Below, piece by piece: positions 28,480 to 37,879 of a DNA stretch of 64,000 nucleotides; position 1 is the first letter of the stretch; every line of letters begins with the position of its first letter. The position numbers and the translations under genes are program-made. The DNA is from Candidatus Woesearchaeota archaeon. Lineage in GTDB: Archaea > Nanobdellota > Nanobdellia > SCGC-AAA011-G17 > JACPNG01. The stretch lies in NCBI GenBank assembly GCA_016185615.1, contig JACPNE010000003.1:6265-70264 (forward strand). The letters run 5' to 3'. The notes under the pieces were generated by a model. It did no database searches. It saw only the letters and a list, made by a program, of their open reading frames with translations, and was not told where the DNA came from.

Positions 28480-30024
28480 CTATGGGTTGTTTAAAAGGTT
28501 TTCTGTAAAAAATACTACAGCTCCAGATACACTATTATCTAGTTGTCCAAATAATAAATTTTCAACCTTTCTTATTTCTATAGAAGCATCTTGTGTTACT
28601 CTATAAGTATATCCAGCATCAGCTTGAATTTTATATACTTCTAATAAATCTTGTTCTTGTGGAGCACCTTGTATCATTATTCCACAGTCAAATATTAAAT
28701 TATCCCTAAAACTTGGACATAATTGTGCATCTTTATTGTCAGAGTAGCAATATAATCTTATTCTATCGTTTATATCTTTTATAATTATAGATGATAAGTC
28801 TCCATCAGTAAATGATTCACAACTATCTTGGTTAATCGAAACCCCAGGTTCATTCAATGAACTTATTCTCAAATAATTTAACTTTTCTAAATTTCCACCC
28901 CAAACAAACTTATCTGAAACTGTGTTTATTAATCCAATTTTTATTCTTTCATTTTGTATTGTAAATGGTTGTCTTCCAAATAGTTGAATAGATAAAGGAA
29001 TTGGAGTTCTAGCACCAATTTGTTGTGATCTTATTTCCCCATCCCCTTTCCATAATCCAGAGTTAACTAATCCTTGATATAAATCATTTCTTTCAAATAA
29101 AAGTCTACCTACCCCACTTCTTGCTAAACTATCTTGACTTGTGACATATAGGTCTTGTATTGTTCTAGAGATTACATCATACTTAACATTTAATGTTATT
29201 AGTTTTCCAGTTCTTACTTGATCTTTTACAATACTAAAACTATTTTTTGGAAGAACGCATCTTACTTGCACTTGTCTTGTTATTCCAGAAGCCCCACCCA
29301 TAACAATTGTTGAGACTTCATTTATTCCCTTTGTCCCTTCACCAACTAATTCTATTTGTATTGGACCATTATAATCTTTTGAACTACAAGAGATATCTAA
29401 TCTAATATCATTTTGAACATTTTTTATATTAATTAGTCCATCTAATCTTATTTCTTCATCTTCATTATAAAATCTTCTTAATGATTCAAATTGCTGAATA
29501 ATTACCCCCATCTTCTCAGTAGGTTTTTCTGAGACTACATCTGGATTTTTAAATTCGCCTATCTCTTCTGGATATTTCAAGAATTTTACAAAATTATTAA
29601 CTATTGCGTCTTTTGTAGCTTCAAAGGACCTTCCTAAACTAGCTTCAGCTTTTGAGACAAAAATGTTACATGTTCCTCCTAAATACGGAACAGATTGAAG
29701 AAAAGTTGAACATGAAAAGTAAAAGAAAATTCCGACAATTAATACAACAAAAATCGCTTTTAATAAACTCGGCTTTTTACCATTTCTAACAGTAATGGAG
29801 GTTTGTTGAGGTTGTTGATAAACTGATTGTATTGGTTGAGAAGGTTGAGATTCTCTTCTCCTAAAAGGTGATGTAATAGCATCAAGTGGTTGTTTTGCTA
29901 CTCTCCATCTCCACTGCATTTTTTCCCATCTTCGTCTCTCTAAATTTAATCTTTTTAATTCTTCATCCTCACTTTCCTTTCCCCAAAAAGCCATATTACC
30001 TCTTTTACTCCCTCTCAGGATCAA
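28480..30024 (-). CDS. Membrane-anchored exported protein (start probably 29994, MAFWG)
   Basis: Basic/Gln-rich N-region, one TM, Cys-containing beta-rich ectodomain ending ADAGYTY. Confidence 0.7.
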   Translation of the reverse strand: MILRGSKRGNMAFWGKESEDEELKRLNLERRRWEKMQWRWRVAKQPLDAITSPFRRRESQPSQPIQSVYQQPQQTSITVRNGKKPSLLKAIFVVLIVGIFFYFSCSTFLQSVPYLGGTCNIFVSKAEASLGRSFEATKDAIVNNFVKFLKYPEEIGEFKNPDVVSEKPTEKMGVIIQQFESLRRFYNEDEEIRLDGLINIKNVQNDIRLDISCSSKDYNGPIQIELVGEGTKGINEVSTIVMGGASGITRQVQVRCVLPKNSFSIVKDQVRTGKLITLNVKYDVISRTIQDLYVTSQDSLARSGVGRLLFERNDLYQGLVNSGLWKGDGEIRSQQIGARTPIPLSIQLFGRQPFTIQNERIKIGLINTVSDKFVWGGNLEKLNYLRISSLNEPGVSINQDSCESFTDGDLSSIIIKDINDRIRLYCYSDNKDAQLCPSFRDNLIFDCGIMIQGAPQEQDLLEVYKIQADAGYTYRVTQDASIEIRKVENLLFGQLDNSVSGAVVFFTENLLNNP

Positions 30025-31246
30025 ATTTAAACATTAAAATCATATTTTCTTGGATTAAATTGTTATTTTTGTTTGTTAACAATTTAAAGTTAGTTATAAT
30101 TTCGAATTTAATAAATCTATCTTCTCTATTAAGATTCCATTGAAGTCCTTTTTTATCTTCAATGCAATTGGATAAATCAAAAGTTATGTCTTTCGTTTTT
30201 AGGCATTCTTTAGATTTCATAACTTCACTATGTAACTCATCCAGAATGTTGAAATTAAAATTAATTTTTTCAATGAAAGAAGGATCTCTTTCATATGTTC
30301 CCGTAACTATTGTTTCTCTTTTTATGTCTGAAGATACAACTGATCCTGTTATTCTATTTAATTCGTTATTAACTTTTTTAACATAATTTTGAGTTTCTTT
30401 TAATTCTGGAATTTTTCCTAAACTAGCCACTCTTGATGGACCCGCATTATAAGCAGCTAGTGCTAAATCAATATTTTTGAATTTGTCTAGTTGTAATTTT
30501 AGATAAGCAGTTCCAGTTAAGATATTCAATCTAGGATTAAACTTAGCATCTTCAAAATCCCATTCAACATTAAACTTATTTTTAACATCTTTAAATGCTA
30601 TCTCTCTTATTTGCATCAAACCATATGCATCTTTATTAGAGATTGATGTTGGATTATAATTAGATTCAACATTTATTACAGCCCTTATCAAATTTTCATC
30701 AACATTAAAGGTTTGGCTAGCTTCTTTTATCCAATGATCATATCCAACATCCTTTACAGAAAAATCTATTACTTTCTTTTCTTTTAATGTTATATTATCA
30801 TTGTTTATTTCAAATAAAAGAGAATTTTTAGATTTAACAATGAGATTATTATCTTGAATTGTGTAATCAAAATCCAATTTTGGAATTTTGTTATTTAAAT
30901 TTAAATAATTCTTAAAATTGTTATCAAAGTATAATAGATAGTCTTCTTTATTTGGTTTACATTCATTATTCCAAACAAATTCATTTTCTGATTTACATCC
31001 TTCTTTTCTTAACCCACCATTTTTTCCAAACTCATTTAATGCATCATTGATAGAATTCCTTGCACTCTGTTTTATATATTGCCTAATAAACTCTCCCTTT
31101 TGATATAGTTGAATTATGTCTATTTGATTCTTTCCTGCTTCTCCGGCAATTGATGTATTTGTAGTTAAAACAGTTAATGTGGCATAAGCTAATAAGAACG
31201 CAGTTAATGCAACCAAAGTCGGCAAATAGATTCCTTTTTTGTTCAT
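30005..31246 (-). CDS. Pilin-like protein with inserted lytic transglycosylase (SLT, GH23-like) domain
   Basis: KKG|IYL leader plus TM; about aa 169-296 has VES.YNP, AYGLMQI, NILTGTAYL, LALAAYNAGP, ETQNYVKKV. Confidence 0.9.
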   Translation of the reverse strand: MNKKGIYLPTLVALTAFLLAYATLTVLTTNTSIAGEAGKNQIDIIQLYQKGEFIRQYIKQSARNSINDALNEFGKNGGLRKEGCKSENEFVWNNECKPNKEDYLLYFDNNFKNYLNLNNKIPKLDFDYTIQDNNLIVKSKNSLLFEINNDNITLKEKKVIDFSVKDVGYDHWIKEASQTFNVDENLIRAVINVESNYNPTSISNKDAYGLMQIREIAFKDVKNKFNVEWDFEDAKFNPRLNILTGTAYLKLQLDKFKNIDLALAAYNAGPSRVASLGKIPELKETQNYVKKVNNELNRITGSVVSSDIKRETIVTGTYERDPSFIEKINFNFNILDELHSEVMKSKECLKTKDITFDLSNCIEDKKGLQWNLNREDRFIKFEIITNFKLLTNKNNNLIQENMILMFKFDPERE

Positions 31247-31821
31247 GATAATCCTTTAAACAATTTCAGTTTTATATTAACTAAATTCTTTTTATAATCA
31301 GGCAAAGATAATGAATATTCCAGACTATTTCTGAATTTTTTGTCGAATCCAACTAATGGAAGTATTTTTGGTTCAGTTCCAGTAGTTACTATTGCATCTG
31401 TATTAAAAGAGTGTATTATGGGATCATAACCCCCATTCAGGAAGATAGTTTTGTCAGTAAATTTAATTTCTAAATACCATAAGCAGACTTCTTGTGGGTT
31501 ATCTACTAGCATTTTGCTGTCAACTTTGCATATTTTGTTCATTGGTTCTCTTACTTTTTCTTTTATTTTGTCTTTATCGTTTTGATTTAAGATAATAAAT
31601 TCATACAGATTAACATCTTCAATCGGTGTATTCATCAGATTTTTCAATGTCAAACCACCATCATTGCTAACCTTCTTTGAGGTTATTATCTCACTTATAT
31701 TTTTCATATCAGCATATGAAATTTCATTTGCAAACAAAACAAAGAAGACAGTCAATATTATTGCAAGAGTTATTATTGAAAAGCCATCCATTAATCCCTC
31801 TCCCAAAACTCCTTTTTTCAT
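31243..31821 (-). CDS. Class III signal pilin-like protein
   Basis: MKKG|VLGEG plus hydrophobic helix; ATGA overlaps on both sides. Confidence 0.7.
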   Translation of the reverse strand: MKKGVLGEGLMDGFSIITLAIILTVFFVLFANEISYADMKNISEIITSKKVSNDGGLTLKNLMNTPIEDVNLYEFIILNQNDKDKIKEKVREPMNKICKVDSKMLVDNPQEVCLWYLEIKFTDKTIFLNGGYDPIIHSFNTDAIVTTGTEPKILPLVGFDKKFRNSLEYSLSLPDYKKNLVNIKLKLFKGLS

Positions 31822-32285
31822 TGGACTATTACCTCTGCTTTTAATATATCATAACTAACTTTACCATTATTTGAAACTAGAACATATTGCTGGCTTTTGA
31901 ATAAACATTGTTTTTGTTTATTTCCAACTTGGCAAAGATTAAAAGCATCTCTATAATTTTCTATGTTAGATATTGTTTTTTCATTATTTTCTAACTCTAA
32001 TTTTATTGGATAGTTTAATCCAATACAATTTCTCAATCTTTCTTCAGTAAATTTACTAATATCTATCTCTCCTGGCTCAATAACAACATTTTGCAATGCA
32101 AAACATTCAGAAGAGTAATACAATTTTCTTATTGTTAAGTCTGCTATTGACTCATTAATATTTATCTCTCTAGCTATAGCTGAATTTACTACAAAAAATA
32201 CTGCACCGAGAATGATGATAGTTAACAATATTCTATTTATCCATAATAATGTCTCTCCAGAGATCATATAAGCGCCCTTTTTCAT
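31818..32285 (-). CDS. Class III signal pilin-like protein
   Basis: MKKG|AYMIS plus hydrophobic helix; four Cys. Confidence 0.7.
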   Translation of the reverse strand: MKKGAYMISGETLLWINRILLTIIILGAVFFVVNSAIAREININESIADLTIRKLYYSSECFALQNVVIEPGEIDISKFTEERLRNCIGLNYPIKLELENNEKTISNIENYRDAFNLCQVGNKQKQCLFKSQQYVLVSNNGKVSYDILKAEVIVQ

Positions 32286-33118
32286 GTTATTTTATTCCTC
32301 TCTATAGAATCTTTATAGCTATAAGCATACATATTATCAAAACAATTTGAATTTGATTTGAAAGAAAGGCTATTAGGATCAAAATAATTAATCGGATCCT
32401 CTACTTTTCCATTGATAACAAGTTCAAAATGTAAATGTGGTTCATATTGTGTGTGGCTTTTTGGTCCATGTTGCCCAGATTTAGCTATTAGCTCCCCTTT
32501 TCTAACTTCACAATTTTCTACACAATTAAATCCACTTAATTTTATTTCTTTTGATAATTTATCTAGATGCAAATATCTAGTAATAACTCCATTCCTATGT
32601 TCAATAGTTAACGAATTCTCAGTTCCGGCCCCATTAACATATGTTTTTATTATTCCATCTTCTATAACAAAAACATCTTCATAATTGGCTCTCAAATCTA
32701 CTCCTTCATGATAAGAAGTTCCTTCGCTTATTTGCCTATTACCGAAGCAGGAGGTAACTATTTTTTGATTTACTGGGAAGACAAAATCAGTTGTTCTTAT
32801 GGCAAGATTCTTTTTCTGTTCTCTTATAAGCAAATTTATATTTGGAGAATAAGTTGAAAATATCTTATTTGATGAAATTTTATTTCCACTTATATCAAGA
32901 TTTCTGTCACCATATTGATAATTTAAATTTAGTTTGCCAGGAGAAAGCTGGGCAGTATTTAATAATAATGATGTATCCAAGGACACATACCTATCAGAAA
33001 ATCCAGATGCTTCAGCAGTTCTATCTATCATAAAGATAGTAGTTATAACAACAAATCCAACTAGAAGAAGATAAAAAGCCCACAAGATGGTTCTTTCTTC
33101 TTCACCCCTTTTATCCAT
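32282..33118 (-). CDS. Pilin-like protein with C-terminal M23 metallopeptidase domain
   Basis: KRG|EEE leader plus TM; FPV...TSCFG, HEGVD, RYLHL, V.KGELIA.SG, PHLHFE, DP. Confidence 0.9.
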   Translation of the reverse strand: MDKRGEEERTILWAFYLLLVGFVVITTIFMIDRTAEASGFSDRYVSLDTSLLLNTAQLSPGKLNLNYQYGDRNLDISGNKISSNKIFSTYSPNINLLIREQKKNLAIRTTDFVFPVNQKIVTSCFGNRQISEGTSYHEGVDLRANYEDVFVIEDGIIKTYVNGAGTENSLTIEHRNGVITRYLHLDKLSKEIKLSGFNCVENCEVRKGELIAKSGQHGPKSHTQYEPHLHFELVINGKVEDPINYFDPNSLSFKSNSNCFDNMYAYSYKDSIERNKIT

Positions 33119-33136
33119 GTATCTAAACTTATTACT

Positions 33137-33592
33137 TTATTTATTATTGTTTTGGTCTATAGAAACCCCTGAAGAGTCATATCTTATCTTTAGTACTCCT
33201 CCCCCACTTGAAATTTCTCCAGAATTTTTGAATTTTTTGTTGACTTCTTTACATTCAAATTTCTCGCATGATAAATCTAAGCACAGGCATAAACAACTTC
33301 TTAAAGTGCATACTGGAGACTGCTGTTTAATTTTATCGTTTATTGAGTCTGGATTTAAGTATTCTATTAAATATCCGTCTTTTAAGTTGTAATATGTCTC
33401 AATAAACGGATTATTTAGGCTTAATTTATCTATATCTCTGGAAATATATTCAAATGAATTGTAGCTCTGTTTGTCTATTGTGCTATACTGTGGCAATAGA
33501 CCAATAAAAGAACTTGATACATTATAAAGAACAAGAAGGACAATAACCCCAACTATTAATCCAACTACGGCCTTGCCCGTTATTAAAGTCAT
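33137..33592 (-). CDS. Pilin-like exported protein, Cys-rich C-terminus
   Basis: GKA|VVG plus TM; C...SCLCLC...C...C. Confidence 0.6.
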   Translation of the reverse strand: MTLITGKAVVGLIVGVIVLLVLYNVSSSFIGLLPQYSTIDKQSYNSFEYISRDIDKLSLNNPFIETYYNLKDGYLIEYLNPDSINDKIKQQSPVCTLRSCLCLCLDLSCEKFECKEVNKKFKNSGEISSGGGVLKIRYDSSGVSIDQNNNK

Positions 33593-33629
33593 AAATTAAT
33601 GATTTAAAAGAAGTAATTAAATGTTTTTA

Positions 33630-34082
33630 TTAACATGTAATTTCTGGGCAACCAACGCCCAAATCTAAGATACTATTTGATCCATATCTTTCTTTTATTA
33701 AACCCTCATTAGTTCTAGCCTTATCACTACATGTATAAACAGTATCATATTTCCCGTCACTACCTATGTTTGATCTGCCATCTATCACAAAAGCAGTATT
33801 ACAATAAGCTGAATTTTTTCTTAAATTTCCTGTATCTGGTAGTAACTTAGCTTGATCACAAAATTGTTGACAGCTTTGAACAGCTAAAACCTCATCAGTC
33901 CCTGCTGTAGTCGAGTAAAATGTAGATTTTATTCTATCTGTTAGCCCTTTAAAACCACCAAAAAAGAATGTAACAACAACAACTAAAACTAGAATAGCTA
34001 ATATTGCAATTATGATTGTGTTTAGAGTTAAACTTTGACCTCTTTTGTCCATCTTTTTTTGCATAAAGATATTAGTAATCAT
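33630..34082 (-). CDS. Class III pilin, candidate major pilin (start possibly 34064)
   Basis: KRG|QSLTLNTIIIAILAILVLVVVV; six Cys; own intergenic promoter space upstream. Confidence 0.78.
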   Translation of the reverse strand: MITNIFMQKKMDKRGQSLTLNTIIIAILAILVLVVVVTFFFGGFKGLTDRIKSTFYSTTAGTDEVLAVQSCQQFCDQAKLLPDTGNLRKNSAYCNTAFVIDGRSNIGSDGKYDTVYTCSDKARTNEGLIKERYGSNSILDLGVGCPEITC

Positions 34083-34171
34083 GTATATATAAAAGTTATG
34101 GTAAATTTATTTTCTAAACTTATATGTAAATGATTATGTTTTGTAACAGATAATAAGATTAATGTTTTATA

Positions 34172-35581
34172 CTAATTCGATTTTGCTATACAAGAATCGC
34201 TTTTGATTATACATCCTGTTGCTGAAAATCCACATGGATCTTGTTCACATAAAGGTTGCCATTCATGTGTGCGTAGTCTTGTATCGTGCCCGCTTGGGTT
34301 AATTGATTTGCTACTGTATGCATCGCAACTTTTTAGAGTTATGGTTGCACAGGAGAAACAGCTACCAGTATTGCCTCCAGTCCATCCCCAAGGAGCATAA
34401 TCATTTACAGTATCCTTCCAATAACATCTAAACAACCCATTACCAAATCCTTTATTTTTTCTTTCACAAACTGAATAATCAATATTTTTTGTGTTCTCTA
34501 AACAATCATTTTTAAGACTATTTTTAAAAGTAGTTGATTTGATTCCTAAACTATTTGGAAATTCTTCCAATAGTTTAGAATAGTATAAATAATAAATAGT
34601 TTGATCTTCTGTTATACATCTATCCGCTATTTCTCTTAATGCTTCAGCAAAAATAGGTTTATTCTTATCTTCAACCCCATTATTGTTAATTAAATATAAA
34701 TTTTCATAAGATTTCCTATCAACATATTGTCTTAGTTTAATCTGGAATTCTTGACAACTAGGATTTTGTTTAGCATTTAGAAGAGCAGTTTTATAATTTA
34801 TACTATTCTTAAAAGATTTCATTACTTGTGTATCTTTACTTAATAATTCTCTAAAATTTTCATCATTAGATAAAGTTCTTAATGCTTCTAAAGTATCTGC
34901 TTTTATATAAGCGGATTTTAATTCTTCAAATTTTTTTTCATTTCCTTCAAATGATTTTTGAACTTTTTCTAGTTCTTCCAATCTTTTTTTGATAGAATCT
35001 GGAAGCCCATTAGGGAAATGCTTTAATGCTTCAGATTTAGCTAAATCAATTCTATCTTTTGTAGGATTAGAGATGGCAGCATCTATTAAACTATTTACTA
35101 TAAATAGTTTATCTTCTTGACTGGTTACTCCTGCTCCTAATGAAGCTATACCTTGTAAATTAGAGTTCATTTTATAACAGTTAATTAACTTAATTCTTAA
35201 ATCCCTAGATAACTTTTCTTTGTCAGTCACTTCATGTTTTTTAATTTCATTCAATGCATCATTATACTCTTTAGTTAATTGAACAACATTATCAGAATTA
35301 CATTCTCCACGATCTGCTAATAATGATATAACTTTGTCCCTTCTACCATCTTTGCTTAATAATCCAAAAGTATTATCAATAATTGGTTTTACACCCTCTG
35401 TTAATCCAATAGCTGTATCCCCTAGTTTACCAACCCCTTTTGATAAAGCAGGCCAATATTTAAAGATAAACATAATTATTATAATTAAAACTGCTATTGC
35501 TATTATTCCATTAATAAATTTCCACCATTCTCCTTCTCCTTTTTTGTTCAATTTATTTTTTATATTTCTCTTTTTTTTCAT
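34172..35581 (-). CDS. Class III signal protein with helical middle and Cys-rich C-terminal domain (ATG 35581)
   Basis: NKKG|EGEWW plus TM; C-terminal CYW...CFSC...C..Y...C.QDPCG...C...C. Confidence 0.7.
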   Translation of the reverse strand: MKKKRNIKNKLNKKGEGEWWKFINGIIAIAVLIIIIMFIFKYWPALSKGVGKLGDTAIGLTEGVKPIIDNTFGLLSKDGRRDKVISLLADRGECNSDNVVQLTKEYNDALNEIKKHEVTDKEKLSRDLRIKLINCYKMNSNLQGIASLGAGVTSQEDKLFIVNSLIDAAISNPTKDRIDLAKSEALKHFPNGLPDSIKKRLEELEKVQKSFEGNEKKFEELKSAYIKADTLEALRTLSNDENFRELLSKDTQVMKSFKNSINYKTALLNAKQNPSCQEFQIKLRQYVDRKSYENLYLINNNGVEDKNKPIFAEALREIADRCITEDQTIYYLYYSKLLEEFPNSLGIKSTTFKNSLKNDCLENTKNIDYSVCERKNKGFGNGLFRCYWKDTVNDYAPWGWTGGNTGSCFSCATITLKSCDAYSSKSINPSGHDTRLRTHEWQPLCEQDPCGFSATGCIIKSDSCIAKSN

Positions 35582-35582
35582 T

Positions 35583-35720
35583 TCAACCAAAACTAGTTAA
35601 CTTTAACAAAGCATCTTTTAAGTTATTTATATTTGTTAGAAAAATTATAACCAATACTAAAACTATTAACACAATTATTGCGCTTGCAATTTGCCAAAAT
35701 TCAAATCCTTTTTTATCCAT
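35583..35720 (-). CDS. Micro-pilin (45 aa, Flp-size; absent from ORF track)
   Basis: MDKKG|FEFWQIASAIIVLIVLVLVIIFLTNINNLKDALLKLTSFG; abuts both neighbours. Confidence 0.72.
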   Translation of the reverse strand: MDKKGFEFWQIASAIIVLIVLVLVIIFLTNINNLKDALLKLTSFG

Positions 35721-35861
35721 CTAAAAATTCTCCTTTAGTTTTAATAAGATATTTGACATCTGATCCTTAAATATTATAGCTAAATAAACAACTATTACTA
35801 TTACTATAACCATGATTATTAGTTTAGCAACAGTTTCCCAATGAAATTCTCCTTTTTCCAT
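35721..35861 (-). CDS. Micro-pilin (46 aa, Flp-size; absent from ORF track)
   Basis: MEKG|EFHWETVAKLIIMVIVIVIVVYLAIIFKDQMSNILLKLKENF; stop immediately precedes the next ATG. Confidence 0.7.
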   Translation of the reverse strand: MEKGEFHWETVAKLIIMVIVIVIVVYLAIIFKDQMSNILLKLKENF

Positions 35862-35896
35862 TATATCATAATTGTTTGGTTATTTAATAAAATTTG

Positions 35897-36769
35897 TTAT
35901 CTCGCATAACCAGTGCATAATTCTTTAACTCCTTCCGAATCTGTCGCAATAATCAACGAATTAAATCCTTTACTTTGTAGAAGAGCATTAGCTCCCCCAG
36001 TGCCAACAGCCAGTAATCCGCCACCTATAAGCGCATATGGTTTAGATATATATTTGATGCCAGGAATATTTGCAATTATAACTGCTGTAGCTACTGTTGT
36101 AACAGCCCCCCTTCCAATTCTATTTAATATTCCTTCTTTTTTATTCACTATAAACAAAACAAATAATGATTTATCTTTTGTTATTTCAAGATCTTGTAAT
36201 CCAGCAACTAATTGATTTTCTCTTGTACCTGTCCCAGTTATATAATCTAAGTATGTTCTCTTATCAAGGAGTGGTTTCGGCTTATTATCTCTTAAATAAA
36301 TCGCCATTTCCTCATTGCTTATCTTAATCTCATTTTCAGAGCTTATTTTAGAACAGACATAACAAAGATCATTATCCTTAAACCACCCAGTATAATCTAT
36401 GTCACCATAAAAATTAAATTTTCCCTCTCCAAACCTTCCCCAACAGTTTGCCATCTCTTTTGCTATAACCTTTTTAGCTTCTTCTTTGGTTTTTACATTT
36501 TCTGAGTTAGTCTTACAATTAAGATTAAAAGGAGAGTTAACTTGTGGTACAATACTACCTGCAACTGGAGCTTTTTCTAACACAGCACCAACACCATATG
36601 TTTTGCTATATGTTTTTATAACAACACTAGAAAAACATATTGTATCATTAATATTGTCTAAAACAAATGGTTTCCAAAAATATATTAAGATTAAGAATAA
36701 GACAATTAAAGATATTGTTAACCCAATTAATCCAGTAATTATTGAAAATTCTCCTTTTTTTTCAGCCAA
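35897..36769 (-). CDS. Class III signal pilin-like protein with hydrophobic Gly/Ala-rich C-terminal hairpin
   Basis: KKG|EFSII plus TM; MANCWGRFGEG..., CYVC; GGTGA SD before the TTG start. Confidence 0.72.
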   Translation of the reverse strand: MAEKKGEFSIITGLIGLTISLIVLFLILIYFWKPFVLDNINDTICFSSVVIKTYSKTYGVGAVLEKAPVAGSIVPQVNSPFNLNCKTNSENVKTKEEAKKVIAKEMANCWGRFGEGKFNFYGDIDYTGWFKDNDLCYVCSKISSENEIKISNEEMAIYLRDNKPKPLLDKRTYLDYITGTGTRENQLVAGLQDLEITKDKSLFVLFIVNKKEGILNRIGRGAVTTVATAVIIANIPGIKYISKPYALIGGGLLAVGTGGANALLQSKGFNSLIIATDSEGVKELCTGYAR

Positions 36770-36869
36770 AACTTTTCACCAATCCATAAATTATCCCAAA
36801 AATCAAGACTATAAAAAATATTATTAATATCAATATTGCTACGGTTTCTAATCCATGCTCATCTTCCAT
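36762..36869 (-). CDS. Small single-TM peptide / micro-pilin candidate (35 aa; absent from ORF track)
   Basis: MEDEHG|LETVAILILIIFFIVLIFGIIYGLVKSFG; TTTAAATA about 25 nt upstream; overlaps the next start. Confidence 0.5.
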   Translation of the reverse strand: MEDEHGLETVAILILIIFFIVLIFGIIYGLVKSFG

Positions 36870-36994
36870 AGTTAAATTTTGGTTTATAAATATTTAAATA
36901 TTATGATAAATGTTAGATTTTTATGGGTTTATTAGAAAAAATTGTATCTAAATCAAAATTATTAGCTGCTCAAATTTATCATTATTATTATGTA

Positions 36995-37186
36995 TTAATG
37001 AAATTTATTAATGCTTATTCCATATAATACTGCTATGGCACCTATTCCTACAATAATGATTTGATATGTTGCTCCTGAACTTGGAATTATTTTTACAGCT
37101 TCTGGAATAAATTCATAACTAGATATTAATGGCCATATTCCTCCCAACATTGTTAGGATTCCAACAAATGTTATCATCAGTTTCAT
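36995..37186 (-). CDS. Small two-TM membrane protein
   Basis: 63 aa, two hydrophobic segments, 1 nt from the upstream gene. Confidence 0.7.
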   Translation of the reverse strand: MKLMITFVGILTMLGGIWPLISSYEFIPEAVKIIPSSGATYQIIIVGIGAIAVLYGISINKFH

Positions 37187-37187
37187 T

Positions 37188-37856
37188 TTAAGTTGTTGAT
37201 TTTTTTATTATTCCCCAAACTATTAAAGCTATTGATCCCAAAAATGCTATATTAAACCATGGCATTAAGTCTATAGGAATTGCAGGACTAAAAATAAAAA
37301 AATTAAAACCAGTGTACTGGTCCAATAAACCAAAATAAGCCATATAAAATACAATGTATGCTCCACCCATTCCAATTAATCCTGAACCAGTAGTCTGATC
37401 TAAGATACTATAAACAAAAACTGAAAGTAGGATTATGATTATGAAAAATGCCCAAGGTCCAAAATTTTCTAATAATGAAAATCCGGTTTGTCTTTCCCAA
37501 ATTAACAAAGCTATTGATAAAAATATTCCTAGTCCAACATAAACAGCTTTTCCTCCTCCCTCTAAATGTTTTCCTAAGATTGATTGTCCTAAACCTAAGA
37601 ATATAGCTAAAAATATTCCCAAATCAAAAAAACTTGTATACTGATAATACAATTCTAGAATATCAAATTGATCATAACCTAAACCATATCCCCTATAAAC
37701 TGCTCCAGAAGTAAAATTTCCAGAGATTAAAAATAATACAAATATTCCAAGGAAGATACTCCCAGTTATTGCTATCTTGCTAGAGATATTATGAAGAGTT
37801 ATTCTATACTCTTCTTTTTTCTGAGTCCTCTTTTTCTTCATTATTATCCTAAACAA
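37188..37856 (-). CDS. Multi-pass membrane protein
   Basis: About six hydrophobic segments; directly downstream of the platform gene. Confidence 0.75.
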   Translation of the reverse strand: MFRIIMKKKRTQKKEEYRITLHNISSKIAITGSIFLGIFVLFLISGNFTSGAVYRGYGLGYDQFDILELYYQYTSFFDLGIFLAIFLGLGQSILGKHLEGGGKAVYVGLGIFLSIALLIWERQTGFSLLENFGPWAFFIIIILLSVFVYSILDQTTGSGLIGMGGAYIVFYMAYFGLLDQYTGFNFFIFSPAIPIDLMPWFNIAFLGSIALIVWGIIKKSTT

Positions 37857-37879
37857 TACAAATTATATAAACCTTTCTC

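Noticed and set aside
29995..30024. KRG|N apparent class III leader on the 514-aa ORF
   Set aside because: No hydrophobic helix follows; the true start is probably the downstream MAFWG.
36923..37027. 34-codon plus-strand ORF (MGLLEKIV...)
   Set aside because: No supporting motif; overlaps a minus-strand gene end.
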